Notes: generated by a model from the sequence alone, not told the origin. A DNA stretch of 64,000 nt from Dongiaceae bacterium (GCA_035492855.1 DATJIU010000105.1:20188-84187), one strand, 5' to 3'; positions 51,802 through 61,756 are shown, numbered from the stretch's first letter. Numbers and translations are program-made.

Positions 51802-54108
51802 ATGAGGCCGCCGCAAGCAATGTCAGTTTACAGGTGGTGGTTTTCCCGGTCCGGGGCTCCGGCTTTGCGCGCCATGCTGCGGTTCGGCTGGGTGGTTTGC
51901 ATGGGGTTGTTGTTGTGGCCTCGGGTTGGCGCCGCCGCGCCGGCCACCAATGCCCCCACCGCGGAAGCTGCCCCGCATTTTGATGTCCGGGAATATGCCG
52001 TCCAAGGCGGACCAACACTGGCTACCAATACGCTGGCCGCCATTTTTTCCAAGTACACCGGCACGAATGTGGCCCTGCCGGACCTGGTGCGCGCCGCCTC
52101 TGATTTGGAAGCCGAGTATCAGGCGCTCGGCCAAACCAATCTCACCGTCACTTTCGCGCAGAAGAAAATTACGGACGGCCTCGTGACCTTCAACGTTTTC
52201 CAGAGCCGTTATCCGCACATTTTGGTTTCGGGTATCAGCTATGTGTACCCCAACGATGGTACGATGCTGACCACCAATCTCACGCCGGAATTGCTGGCCA
52301 GCACCACGGCCACCAACGCACCCGAACGCGCGGCTACGAATGCCGGACCGCGCTTTGTGGTGAAAGCTTATGAGATCAAAGGCGACACGCTCCTGAGCAC
52401 AGACACTTTGATGGCCATCTTTGCCAAGCATACGGGCACTAACGTGGGGGTGGCCGACATCGTGAAGGCCAGTTCGGAATTGCAGATGGAATATCGCGAC
52501 CGGGGCTATCCCACCGTCAACGTCACCCTCCCGCCGCAGCAAATCACGAACGGCTTTGTGAAAATTCAGGTGTTTGAAGGCCGGTTGGCCAGCATCCTGG
52601 TGGAACACAACCGTTATTTCAGTTCCAACAACGTCATGCGGGCCCTGCCCAGCCTGCATACCAATGAACTGCTGCGCAGTCCGATTTTTCAGGCCGAAGT
52701 GGACCGCGCCAATGCCAACCAGGACCGGCAGATTTATCCCCAAATCGCCCCCGGTCCGGTGGAGAACACCAGCACGCTCATTTTGGAAGTGAAGGACCGG
52801 TTGCCATTGCACGGCAAGGTGGAACTGAACAACCAGGCCTCGCCGGGCACGCCGGATTTGCGGATCAATACTTCCGCTGCCTACAACAATCTCTGGCAGC
52901 ATGAGCATTCGCTGGGCGTGCAGTACAGTTTTTCGCCGGAAAAGCTCAAGGGCGGAACGGACTGGGATTTTTACGACCAGCCGCTGGTGGCCAATTACAG
53001 TGGTTATTACCGGTTCAACCTGGGCAATCCGGAATCTATTTCCCAAAATCTGGCCAGCCAGTCTGGCGGTTTCGGTTACAACGAGGCCACCCGCAGATTT
53101 GACCTGCCGCCGCCGACCGGCCGGCCCGAACTGACCCTGTTTGCCAGCCGCTCCACCATTGATACCGGCGTCAACGACTCCAACAAGAAGACGCTGCTGA
53201 ACATTCCCGGCGTGCGCAACATTACCCAGCAGGACGCGCAGCAGGATATCACGGTGAATGAGGATTTGGGCGCCCGGCTCACCGACCCGCTGCCCGAAAT
53301 GCGGGGGTGGAACACCAGTTGGTCGCTCGGCACGGATTTCAAGAGCTACCGGCTGGACAGCTACAAAACCAACATTGTGGTCATCACGGAAACCACGGTG
53401 AATGAAAACAACCAGCCCAATCCGCCGACCATCAGCACGATTTCTTCCTCCCCCTCCACGAATGGGCCGTTGCGCAAACCGCTGGAATACGTGCCCGTGG
53501 CGGTGCATTTCGACGCGAGCCGCAGCGAGTCCTGGGGGCAGACGACGCTGGGGCTCGGACTCAGCGTAAATGCCTGGTACTCGGGTTCGGCCAACAACCT
53601 GCAAGCCATTTCCGGCTCCACCAATTCTTCCGGCACCTGGGTGGTGCTGACCCCGAGCTTCTCGCAGGATATTTTCATCCATACCAACTGGGTCATGACC
53701 CTGCGCGCTGACGGCCAGTGGGCGAGTGAACCGCTCATTTCCAACGAGCAATTTGGCGGCGGCGGCGTCAATAGCGTGCGCGGTTATCGCGAAGGTGAAG
53801 TGTTTGGCGACACCGGCTGGCATGTTTCGTGGGAACAGAAAACCCCCGGCCATTTGATCGGTCCGGTATTTGCCGGCAAGCCGCTCATTGTGCGGGGCAC
53901 GCTGTTCATGGATTATGCGGAGACCTACCTGCTGGACCCGCAGGGCCGGGATTCGCGGGTGCCGTTGTGGGGCACGGGTTTCGGATTTGTGGCCTCGGTG
54001 GGCTCGGCGTGGGAAGCGCGGTTCCTGTTTTCCTTCCCGCTGTTGAGCACCGCCACCACGGTGGCGGGGCAGCCGTTTTTCAACTTCGCCCTGACGGCAC
54101 AATTTTAA
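51802..54108 (+). CDS. Two-partner-secretion outer-membrane transporter (ShlB/FhaC/TpsB family), up to 768 aa
   Basis: POTRA-type repeats followed by a long beta-barrel region ending in aromatic terminal residue (LTAQF); directly upstream of a TPS-domain exoprotein; start uncertain (51802, 51820 or 51874). Confidence 0.82.
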   Translation: MRPPQAMSVYRWWFSRSGAPALRAMLRFGWVVCMGLLLWPRVGAAAPATNAPTAEAAPHFDVREYAVQGGPTLATNTLAAIFSKYTGTNVALPDLVRAASDLEAEYQALGQTNLTVTFAQKKITDGLVTFNVFQSRYPHILVSGISYVYPNDGTMLTTNLTPELLASTTATNAPERAATNAGPRFVVKAYEIKGDTLLSTDTLMAIFAKHTGTNVGVADIVKASSELQMEYRDRGYPTVNVTLPPQQITNGFVKIQVFEGRLASILVEHNRYFSSNNVMRALPSLHTNELLRSPIFQAEVDRANANQDRQIYPQIAPGPVENTSTLILEVKDRLPLHGKVELNNQASPGTPDLRINTSAAYNNLWQHEHSLGVQYSFSPEKLKGGTDWDFYDQPLVANYSGYYRFNLGNPESISQNLASQSGGFGYNEATRRFDLPPPTGRPELTLFASRSTIDTGVNDSNKKTLLNIPGVRNITQQDAQQDITVNEDLGARLTDPLPEMRGWNTSWSLGTDFKSYRLDSYKTNIVVITETTVNENNQPNPPTISTISSSPSTNGPLRKPLEYVPVAVHFDASRSESWGQTTLGLGLSVNAWYSGSANNLQAISGSTNSSGTWVVLTPSFSQDIFIHTNWVMTLRADGQWASEPLISNEQFGGGGVNSVRGYREGEVFGDTGWHVSWEQKTPGHLIGPVFAGKPLIVRGTLFMDYAETYLLDPQGRDSRVPLWGTGFGFVASVGSAWEARFLFSFPLLSTATTVAGQPFFNFALTAQF

Positions 54109-54171
54109 CCTAAATGTCACCTGGGGCGGGTTCGCCACGGGTTTTTGAAATGATACAGTGGAGCTAAACGG

Positions 54172-57100
54172 ATGCACACTTTGATCCATCGGCCGCCAGA
54201 CTGGCTGCAACGCGTGATCGCCGGGAGTCTATTCCTGGCGGCGTGGGGCGGCGCGGCGCTGCCCCGGCTCCAGGCCAATCCCACCGGCGGCACGGTGGCC
54301 CAGGGCACGGCCACCTTTTCCAGTTCCGGCGCGCACCTGACCATCCAGACCTCCGACCGGGCGTTCATCAACTGGAAGAGTTTCAACATTGGCGTGGGCG
54401 AAACCACCACTTTCGTGCAGCCGTCGGCCTCGTCACTGGTGTGGAACAGCATCCATGACGCCAATCCCTCCCAGATTCTGGGCAACCTGAACGCCAACGG
54501 TTATGTCATTCTGCAAAACCAGAATGGCTTTTACATCGGCGGCCAGGCGTTGATCAACGCCCATGGGCTGGTGCTGACCACCTCACCCACCCCCATGCCG
54601 GACCTCGCCGGCAGCGGTGCCTGGCAGTTCAACAATCCGCCACCGGCCGCCCGCATCGTCAATTACGGCAACATCAATGTAGATTCCGGCGGCGCGGCCT
54701 ATCTGATTGCCTACAACATTGAGAACCACGGCACCATCACCGCCCCCCAGGGGGATGTGGGATTGCACGCTGCCGACTCGGTGTTGATCTCCGAACGGCC
54801 GGATGGCCGTGGCTTGAGCGCCCAGGTGACGTTGCCCGCCGGGTCGGTGGACAACTCGGGCAAGGTGATTGCCGATGCGGGGACCATTGCCATGCACGCC
54901 CAGGTGGTCAACCAGGGCGGATTGCTCCAGGCCAACTCGGTGCGCGAAGTCAACGGCGTCATCGAACTTGTTGCCAGCGATGCGATCAATTTGGGCGCCC
55001 ATTCCACGCTGTCCGCCCGGGGTGACACCACGGGTATCAGTGCCGGTGGTTCGGTCATTGTCAAATCCGCCGGCACCTTTTCCGACCAGGTCGGATCCGG
55101 CATCAACATTGCCGGCGGTACGGCCGGGGGCGACGCCGGCTCGGTGGAACTTTCCGCGGCCAACCTCTCTGCGCCGCAATCGCAGATTGAAGCCCATGCG
55201 GCCAGCGGTTATCGCGGCGGCCGGCTGTTGCTGGATCCCACGGACCTGACGCTGGACAGTGCGTATGTCAGCACCCTCAACAGCCAGATCAGCGGCGGGC
55301 TCTCGCAAATTGATTTGCAGGCCGACCACAACATCACTGTCAGCGCCGCGTGGTCGCTGGCCAACCAGACTGCGGCCGCGTCGTTGAGTCTGACCGCCGG
55401 GAACAGCATCATTCTCAACAACAATGCCTATATCAAGGGCGGCAACAACTGGAGCCTGAGCCTCACTGCCGGCCCGCTGGACCTGGCAGTGAAGCCCATC
55501 ACCGCGCGCACGGCGGGCATTTATCTGGATGGCAGCGCCTATTTGCAAACCGCCAATGGTGACATTACTGCGTGGGCCGCGAATGAATTGCTGATTAATG
55601 CCAACACCGTCACGGCCGGCGTGGATGGCATCCGCACGTTGGGTGGCGGTAACATCAGCGTCACCGCCAAGCTGGGCAACGTGAATACGGGCGGCAACAA
55701 CCAAGGTTACCAGTTCAAGGTGCTGGCGCCTTATTATTCCGTCTCCAGCACCGTGGGCGGCATCAGCACGGCGGGAGGAGGCAATGTCAACATTACCGCC
55801 GGCGGGGACGTGACCAGTTTCCTGCCCAAGACCAGCAGCGGTTCGGGCGATGCCGGAGCGGGGGCCTTTGGGGCCAACCCCGGCAATGTCACCATCACCG
55901 CGGGCGGCAGCGTTTATGGCCATTATGTGGTGGCCAACGGCCGGGGGACCATCACCGCCGGCCAGGACATTGGCAACAGCGCGGGCGATGTGGCGCTGAG
56001 CCTTATCAAGGGCAATTGGAATCTGGTGGCCCAGACCGGCAGCATTTCCTTGCAGGAAGTGCGCGACCCCAACGCGGTTTACAACGACTTCAGCGGCGGC
56101 TCGAACCTGGGAAGACACTTTGTGGATTATGATTCCCTGGCTTCCGTGAGCCTGGAAGCCAAACAAGGCGGGGTCGCTCTGACCGGCGCGAACATTCCCC
56201 GGCCCAATGGCGGTATCTCCATCATTTATCCGCCTTCGCTCGAAATTGCCGCCGGCTCGGGCGGGGTGTTGTTGAACAAAACCATCAGCCTGTTTCCTTC
56301 CGATAACCAGAACCTGAATATTACCACCACCGCTGGCGGCGATTTGGTGGCGCCGCAGGCCGACCCCACCGTGCCCCCGACGGAACTCATCATGTCGGAC
56401 AGCGACTCGACCCGCTGGCTGGGGTCCACCAGTTTCGGCTCGGATGATCACGGCGCCAAGGTCTACGGCTTGAATAGTCCGGACCCGGTAATCCTGGACA
56501 TTGACGGCGACATCAAAAACCTGATTTTGCAGGTGACCAAGCAGGCGCAAATTGATATCGGCGGCGACCTCATTAATTCCAGTTTCTCCGGCCAGAATTT
56601 GCATGCCTCCGACGTGACCTCCATCAAGGTGGGCGGCCAGATTTTCAACCGCAGTCCGTATTCCTTCACCTACCTCGATACCGGAATTGGCAACGTGCCC
56701 ATTCAGGATTTGCCGATCAATGCCGGCTCCAGTTGGGAAACCATCTTCACCGTGGCATTGAATGCGGATGCCATTGCCAACCTGGTGATCCCCTCCGGAT
56801 TGCAACCCAGCCAATGGGCGGCTTACGTGGCGCAGCAGGCCTCGCTGTTCCCCGGCGGCAATCCCGGCTTCGTTTATAATGCGAGTACCCGTCGGCTCGG
56901 TTTCGTGGGGGACATGTCTTCCGTGCTCTCGGCCCAGCAATTGGCCGTGCTGCAGGGCGGGGCGGGCTTTACCGTCCTGCGGTATGACCCCACCACCGGG
57001 TTGCCCGCGGTGTACACAGGGGCCGATGGCAAACAGCATTTCCAAACCGATACCGTCTCCTGGACGGATCCGGCCAAGGTCACCCAACTCTACACCGCGA

Positions 57101-58395
57101 GCTTGGGCGCGCCGACGGCCAAGGATTCCACCCAGTTTGGTTACCGCGTGGGCGGTCCGGGAACATTCGACGTGGAGGCCGGGTCCATTTCGCTGGGCAA
57201 CTCGCTCGGCATTCTGTCCTCCGGAGTGGGGCAGCCACCGGGCGGTCACGCGCTTTACTCCAAATTGGCCCCCTACACCGATTCCGGGGCGAACTTGAAC
57301 GTGGTGGTGCATGGAAACCTGGACATGCTCAGTTCCACCATCGCGGTGCTGGGTGGGGGTAACCTGAGCGTCAGCGTGGATGGTACCATCGATCTGGGTT
57401 CGCCGGAATTGTCCGGGGCGCGGTCGGATCCCGGCTCGCTGGCTTTCGGTATCTTCAATACCAGTCCGTTGCTGCAGGATGATGCCGGGAATCACATCAG
57501 TGGCGATGTGAACGTGATTGCCGGTGGCGACATTGACATCAACGGTTCGCGCATTGCGGCCTACAACGGCGGGGCGGTCGCCATCAAATCCTTGACCGGG
57601 AATGTGGATGCCGGTGCCGGTGGTGCGGTGCAGGCCAACATCTACTATTACTTTGTGGATCCGCTCACCGGGCTGGTGGGCCGGTTGCTGGGCGGGGTGT
57701 ATGGGAGCGGCATTCTGGCCACCACGCTGCCGTTGGCGGCCGGGGCCATCGCTCCGCCGAGCGCTGCTACCCAGCCCGGGGACATTACCGTGTTGACTCC
57801 GCAAGGCAGCATTTTTGCCAGCCAGGGGGGGATTTTGCAGGAAGCGTTGAACGGTAATGTCGCGCCCGGCCCGACGGTAACCTTGAAGGCGGGCACGGAT
57901 CCGAGCGAAGGCAATCCGGGTTATCAGGGGGACATTGATCTGGGCAATGGCGGCGTCATCGGCGGCACGGTTAATGTCTCCGCCAACGGTGATGTGAAGG
58001 GTCTGGTCATTTCCCGGCAGGATTCCTCGGTGCAGGCGGCGCAGAATTTCAGCGGCACGGTCATTTCAGGCGGCTCAGCCAATCTGTCCGCCGGTGGTAG
58101 CATCGTGGGTACGGTGTTTGGTGTGGGCGGGGTCAAAGCCTCCGGCGATGTGTCCGGGGCAACTCTGCTGGGGCAGAACGTTTCCGCCAATGGCGGGCAG
58201 TCGCAATCCACCTTGGGCACCACCGCCACGGCCAGTGCCGCGGCCTCGGCGGCCTCGGCCCAGGCCGGCACCGATGCCAAGGAACAGGTGGCCGGCAACA
58301 ACGGCACGAGTGACGACGACGACAAGAAGAAAAAGAAGAAACAGCCCTTGCTGCAGCGGGTGGGCCGGGTCACCGTCATTCTGCCAAAAGCCTGA
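54172..58395 (+). CDS. Filamentous-haemagglutinin-type TpsA exoprotein (1407 aa)
   Basis: N-terminal TPS (haemagglutination activity) domain NPTGGTVAQGTATF...INWKSFNIGVGETTTFVQPSASSLVWNSI...ILGNLNANGYVILQNQNGFYIG; Gly/Asn/Ser-rich beta-helix repeats; unusual tail DDDDKKKKKKQPLLQRVGRVTVILPKA. Confidence 0.85.
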   Translation: MHTLIHRPPDWLQRVIAGSLFLAAWGGAALPRLQANPTGGTVAQGTATFSSSGAHLTIQTSDRAFINWKSFNIGVGETTTFVQPSASSLVWNSIHDANPSQILGNLNANGYVILQNQNGFYIGGQALINAHGLVLTTSPTPMPDLAGSGAWQFNNPPPAARIVNYGNINVDSGGAAYLIAYNIENHGTITAPQGDVGLHAADSVLISERPDGRGLSAQVTLPAGSVDNSGKVIADAGTIAMHAQVVNQGGLLQANSVREVNGVIELVASDAINLGAHSTLSARGDTTGISAGGSVIVKSAGTFSDQVGSGINIAGGTAGGDAGSVELSAANLSAPQSQIEAHAASGYRGGRLLLDPTDLTLDSAYVSTLNSQISGGLSQIDLQADHNITVSAAWSLANQTAAASLSLTAGNSIILNNNAYIKGGNNWSLSLTAGPLDLAVKPITARTAGIYLDGSAYLQTANGDITAWAANELLINANTVTAGVDGIRTLGGGNISVTAKLGNVNTGGNNQGYQFKVLAPYYSVSSTVGGISTAGGGNVNITAGGDVTSFLPKTSSGSGDAGAGAFGANPGNVTITAGGSVYGHYVVANGRGTITAGQDIGNSAGDVALSLIKGNWNLVAQTGSISLQEVRDPNAVYNDFSGGSNLGRHFVDYDSLASVSLEAKQGGVALTGANIPRPNGGISIIYPPSLEIAAGSGGVLLNKTISLFPSDNQNLNITTTAGGDLVAPQADPTVPPTELIMSDSDSTRWLGSTSFGSDDHGAKVYGLNSPDPVILDIDGDIKNLILQVTKQAQIDIGGDLINSSFSGQNLHASDVTSIKVGGQIFNRSPYSFTYLDTGIGNVPIQDLPINAGSSWETIFTVALNADAIANLVIPSGLQPSQWAAYVAQQASLFPGGNPGFVYNASTRRLGFVGDMSSVLSAQQLAVLQGGAGFTVLRYDPTTGLPAVYTGADGKQHFQTDTVSWTDPAKVTQLYTASLGAPTAKDSTQFGYRVGGPGTFDVEAGSISLGNSLGILSSGVGQPPGGHALYSKLAPYTDSGANLNVVVHGNLDMLSSTIAVLGGGNLSVSVDGTIDLGSPELSGARSDPGSLAFGIFNTSPLLQDDAGNHISGDVNVIAGGDIDINGSRIAAYNGGAVAIKSLTGNVDAGAGGAVQANIYYYFVDPLTGLVGRLLGGVYGSGILATTLPLAAGAIAPPSAATQPGDITVLTPQGSIFASQGGILQEALNGNVAPGPTVTLKAGTDPSEGNPGYQGDIDLGNGGVIGGTVNVSANGDVKGLVISRQDSSVQAAQNFSGTVISGGSANLSAGGSIVGTVFGVGGVKASGDVSGATLLGQNVSANGGQSQSTLGTTATASAAASAASAQAGTDAKEQVAGNNGTSDDDDKKKKKKQPLLQRVGRVTVILPKA

Positions 58396-58406
58396 ACCGG
58401 AACTTT

Positions 58407-59075
58407 ATGAACTGGCACCATTTTACCCTGCTGACCTTGCTGGGTTGCAGCCTGCGGTTGCCGGCCGCTGACGCCACCGGCCTGGAACTGACGGGCATAG
58501 TGGCCGTGGGCGATCTCCGCATGGCCTGCCTGAAAGTTCAGCCCGGCGGCCAGGGACTTGTGGTGCGCGAAGGCCAGACTGTGGCAGGCATTACCTTGAG
58601 CAAACTGGACGCCCAAACTGGCGCGGTGCTGGTAACTCAAGGCACGAACCTGGTTCAATTGCATCTGAGCAATCACGCTTCCGAAGGCACCGCCCTGGCG
58701 GAAGCCCGGGCGCGATTGTTACAGCGCCGCGCTGCCCTGCAGGCGGCGGAAAAGCAGCTTGTGTCAGCGGTAACTGCGCCAGACGATGTGGTTGCCACCA
58801 CGCTGAACCGACATTTTCCCACTGCTGGAATAGAACCCTCCGCTGGAACGGAGAAGACCGCTGCTACGGGAGCATCCTCTGCCTCGCCGGCCGTCGCTGC
58901 TTCTGCCGTTTCTGCCGCGAGCCCGGTCGACACCACCACCGGGCGCCAACTGCTTCATATCAAAACCGTGGACGACCCGGAAGGGGACCGGGTTCGCGGG
59001 TTGCTGGGCACCCAGGCTTTTTTGGTCTGGGACCTGGCTCATGCCGACCGGTGGCAGCAAAAGCCCGCTCAATAG
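58407..59075 (+). CDS. Secreted 222-aa protein with PilP/GspC-HR-like N-terminal beta domain
   Basis: ATG 11 nt after tpsA stop; signal peptide; LELTGIVAVGDLRMACLKVQPGGQGLVVREGQTVAGITLSKLDAQTGAVLVTQGTNLVQLHL resembles the small beta-domain pattern of PilP/GspC; Ala/Ser/Thr-rich linker; function unknown. Confidence 0.55.
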   Translation: MNWHHFTLLTLLGCSLRLPAADATGLELTGIVAVGDLRMACLKVQPGGQGLVVREGQTVAGITLSKLDAQTGAVLVTQGTNLVQLHLSNHASEGTALAEARARLLQRRAALQAAEKQLVSAVTAPDDVVATTLNRHFPTAGIEPSAGTEKTAATGASSASPAVAASAVSAASPVDTTTGRQLLHIKTVDDPEGDRVRGLLGTQAFLVWDLAHADRWQQKPAQ

Positions 59076-59168
59076 TTGCTGGCTGGCTGCCAGGACACTG
59101 CCAGCGCATTATACTTCGCACTCTTCCATCCGGGTGGATTACTTGTCCGCCATCCGTATTCCGCATCC

Positions 59169-59202
59169 GCAAACAAAAAAGCCGACCGGTTTCCCGGTCG
59201 GC
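59169..59202 (-). terminator. Rho-independent terminator for the minus-strand gene 59225-60271
   Basis: 9-bp stem GCCGACCGG/CCGGTCGGC (59181-59189 / 59194-59202), 4-nt loop; A-run 59171-59180 gives TTTTTTGTTT on the minus strand. Confidence 0.7.
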
Positions 59203-59224
59203 CAGGCGTTCCCCTTCCCCAAGA

Positions 59225-60271
59225 TTATTGCGCTCCGACCCGGTAATACCGGTCGGATTCGGTGGTCGTATCGCTCAGGCTGTTGGTATTGCCATTCCCG
59301 GCAACCGTACCGGGCGCTGCCGCCCAACTGGTGACCGGCTGGCCAATGCCGAAGTGATTGGTGTAATACAACGTGTAAATGGCGCCATTCGTGGTGGTGA
59401 AGTAAATCGTGGACGTGGTGTTGAACCGCGTAATTTTTACCACCTGCGGCGCGGGCGGCGTGGGTACAACCGTTGAAGCCCGGGTGAAGGTCAGGGTGCC
59501 ATCAGGATTCAATTGAAAGTAGCCCACATAGTAGGCCGGCCCGGCATTCGTGCCGGTGTCCGGGTCCAGATTTCCCGTCGGCCGGGCCCGGTAAAAGTCC
59601 GACCGCGCCGCCGCGGCGAACGGATCGGGCGTAACATTTTCCACGGTATTCGGGAGTCCGAACGAACCCACGGGTCCCACTCCAATATTATCAATGAAAT
59701 AGCTCAGGTCATTGCGCGACTGGCTCTGGCCGTCCCAGACCGGTTCTCGTACAAGAAACGGGGTGTTGTTGGCATTGCTGGCCCCCAGCGAGCCGGAGAT
59801 GGTCACGGCACCGGTGCCCACGCCCAACATGTCATTCTTATTGCTGCCCTGCGCGGAAGCCGAGGCCCGTTGCGGGGCCGTGGTGCGCGTGTTGGCATCC
59901 ATGCGGGGCAGCGTGTACCAGAGGGTCAACGCGGGATAACCGCCCCAAGGGCTGATGACGCTTTTGAGGCTGGTGCTGACCGACCAGTTCAAGCTGCCGA
60001 AGCCGTCCGGGAACGCCGCCGTAAGCTGGGCGGGCGAAAAGTTGTTCAACGCTACGGTGGTTCCGGCCACCATGTTTTCCAAATTGGTGACGTTGCCGAG
60101 GTTGACCACCAGCTCATAACTGCCCAAACCCGGCTTCCGGAACCCGGCCAGCAGGTCGCCATTCTGGGAATATTGAAATTGTCCGGCGGCGGAGGTCCGG
60201 TTGGCCAGGGCCAGAATCCCGGCCGCAATGCCGCCGGCCAGTAAGCGCGTGAGGTTCTTGTTCATAATCAT
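59225..60271 (-). CDS. Secreted protein of unknown function with C-terminal [FY]YR[LV]-ending beta-domain (348 aa)
   Basis: Signal peptide MIMNKNLTRLLAGGIAAGILALANRTSAA; core shares blocks with PEP-CTERM protein 63058-63810; C-terminal approx 75 aa resemble the C-terminus of 26236-29175 (ends DRYYRVGAQ). Confidence 0.72.
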   Translation of the reverse strand: MIMNKNLTRLLAGGIAAGILALANRTSAAGQFQYSQNGDLLAGFRKPGLGSYELVVNLGNVTNLENMVAGTTVALNNFSPAQLTAAFPDGFGSLNWSVSTSLKSVISPWGGYPALTLWYTLPRMDANTRTTAPQRASASAQGSNKNDMLGVGTGAVTISGSLGASNANNTPFLVREPVWDGQSQSRNDLSYFIDNIGVGPVGSFGLPNTVENVTPDPFAAAARSDFYRARPTGNLDPDTGTNAGPAYYVGYFQLNPDGTLTFTRASTVVPTPPAPQVVKITRFNTTSTIYFTTTNGAIYTLYYTNHFGIGQPVTSWAAAPGTVAGNGNTNSLSDTTTESDRYYRVGAQ

Positions 60272-60523
60272 GATTCCAGTGCAAACTAAAGTGGCAATTT
60301 AGAGTTCAGCGGTGGGTCCTGCCACCTGTTCCCAGACATGGAAATCCTGTTAGGCGACATGCTCAAAAAAGGCCGGAAACGGCAACTATATGCGGGTTTT
60401 TGGGCCGGAGGAATCCGACTGCCCCCGGCAACGGGAAGATTCTGCGCGGTTTTGTAACAATCGCCTCCGAATTGTAAGAATTGATTGCTTGAGTCCACCT
60501 TCCCGGTTGGGCATGGAAGGGTC

Positions 60524-61465
60524 ATGACAATGAAACGGTTTGGCCGTGCCGGAACTGCCGGGATGTTTGCGGGGGCATGCCTTGGGGCATGGCTGTTCGT
60601 CGGCCCCTTGCAGGCGGAGGATTATACGGTGGTCACCGCCACCGCCGCTGCCGCCGCTGGCAAAGCCGACGCCCAATATTTTCTCGCCAAGTGTTATGCC
60701 CATGGGACCGGGGTGACCCAGGACTATGTCCACGCTGCCACCTGCCTCCAGCAGGCGGCGGAACAGGGTTTCATTTACGCCCAGACCGATCTGGCAGGTC
60801 TCTACGCCGATGGCAAGGGCGTCAAACAGGACTGGAGCGAAGCCTGCAAGTGGTACCGCAAGGCAGCCGAGCAAGGGGATCCGCTCGCGCAGTACGGCTT
60901 GGGTATTTGCTATGCCGAGGGTCGGGGAGTGACCCAGGATCTGGCGACCGCCCGGGAATGGTACTTGAAGGCCGCCCAGCAAAACCAGGTCGCCGCCCAA
61001 TGCGCACTGGGGCAGCTTTACTTCCAGAGCGCCACAAGAAGTGCCGCCCAAAGCGACACGAATTACCTCGCCGATTACCGGAACGCCGCCCAATGGCTGG
61101 GCCGGGCGGCCGAGAAGGGATACGTGCCGGCAATGAACAACCTCGGATTTCTTTATGAAAACGGCTCCGGCGTGGAAAAGAACTACGCCACCGCCGCCCG
61201 CTGGTATCGGGCTGCTGCCGAACAGGGCGATGCCAAGGCACAGGGAAATTTGGGCACTTTATATGAGGAAGGTAACGGCGTGCCGCATGATTTTGTGCAG
61301 GCCTTCAAATGGTTTCAACTGAGCGCCCGCCAGGGCGATCCCATTGGCCGGCGGTATGTGGAAGACTATCTGGCCCATCGCCGGCTGACCCCGGAGCAGC
61401 AGCAGGAGGCCGAACGGATGGCCCGGGATTTCCTGACGCAACAGGCCGCCAAGAAATCGAAGTAG
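60524..61465 (+). CDS. Sel1-like repeat (SLR/TPR-like) secreted protein (313 aa)
   Basis: ATG 60524 (track start 60485 is TTG); signal peptide; about seven repeats of the form A.YxLGxxYxxGxGVxQDxxxAxxWYxKAAEQG. Confidence 0.85.
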   Translation: MTMKRFGRAGTAGMFAGACLGAWLFVGPLQAEDYTVVTATAAAAAGKADAQYFLAKCYAHGTGVTQDYVHAATCLQQAAEQGFIYAQTDLAGLYADGKGVKQDWSEACKWYRKAAEQGDPLAQYGLGICYAEGRGVTQDLATAREWYLKAAQQNQVAAQCALGQLYFQSATRSAAQSDTNYLADYRNAAQWLGRAAEKGYVPAMNNLGFLYENGSGVEKNYATAARWYRAAAEQGDAKAQGNLGTLYEEGNGVPHDFVQAFKWFQLSARQGDPIGRRYVEDYLAHRRLTPEQQQEAERMARDFLTQQAAKKSK

Positions 61466-61698
61466 TCTCGCTGCGACGCCAGGTTTGCAAGCATGTCCCT
61501 TGGGGGCGGGATGCCCGCGCTGAAGGAGGGCAGGCCATATGCCGGGCATATTTCCAAGGCCAGGCAGGGGCCAGCTTCCTTTCCGCGAGTGGCGTTGCCT
61601 CTCGTGCAAATTATTTTGCCGGGCGCTCCGATCAACAGGTTTCTTCCCGTTAATCAGGACTTGGGCCGGGTGACGCGGCGCCATCTTGTAACGTGACT

Positions 61699-61733
61699 GA
61701 AAACAAAAACCCGCGCGGAATTTTCCGCGCGGG
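61699..61733 (-). terminator. Rho-independent terminator for minus-strand gene 61757-63010
   Basis: Palindromic hairpin CCCGCGCGGAA/TTCCGCGCGGG (61710-61733); preceding A-run gives TTTTTGTTTT on the minus strand. Confidence 0.7.
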
Positions 61734-61756
61734 TGTGGAAGCACTGGCCGTAAGGA

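Noticed and set aside
51823-54210. 795-aa ORF antisense to tpsB
   Set aside because: It shows the same compositional signature (Arg/Gly/His/Pro-rich), has no domain logic and is fully nested opposite a gene with POTRA and barrel features.
54583-57804. 1073-aa ORF antisense to tpsA
   Set aside because: The translation is dominated by Arg/Gly/Ala/Pro/His with no recognisable motif. The sense frame carries a clear TPS domain and beta-helix repeats. Long stop-free antisense frames are expected in GC-rich coding DNA.
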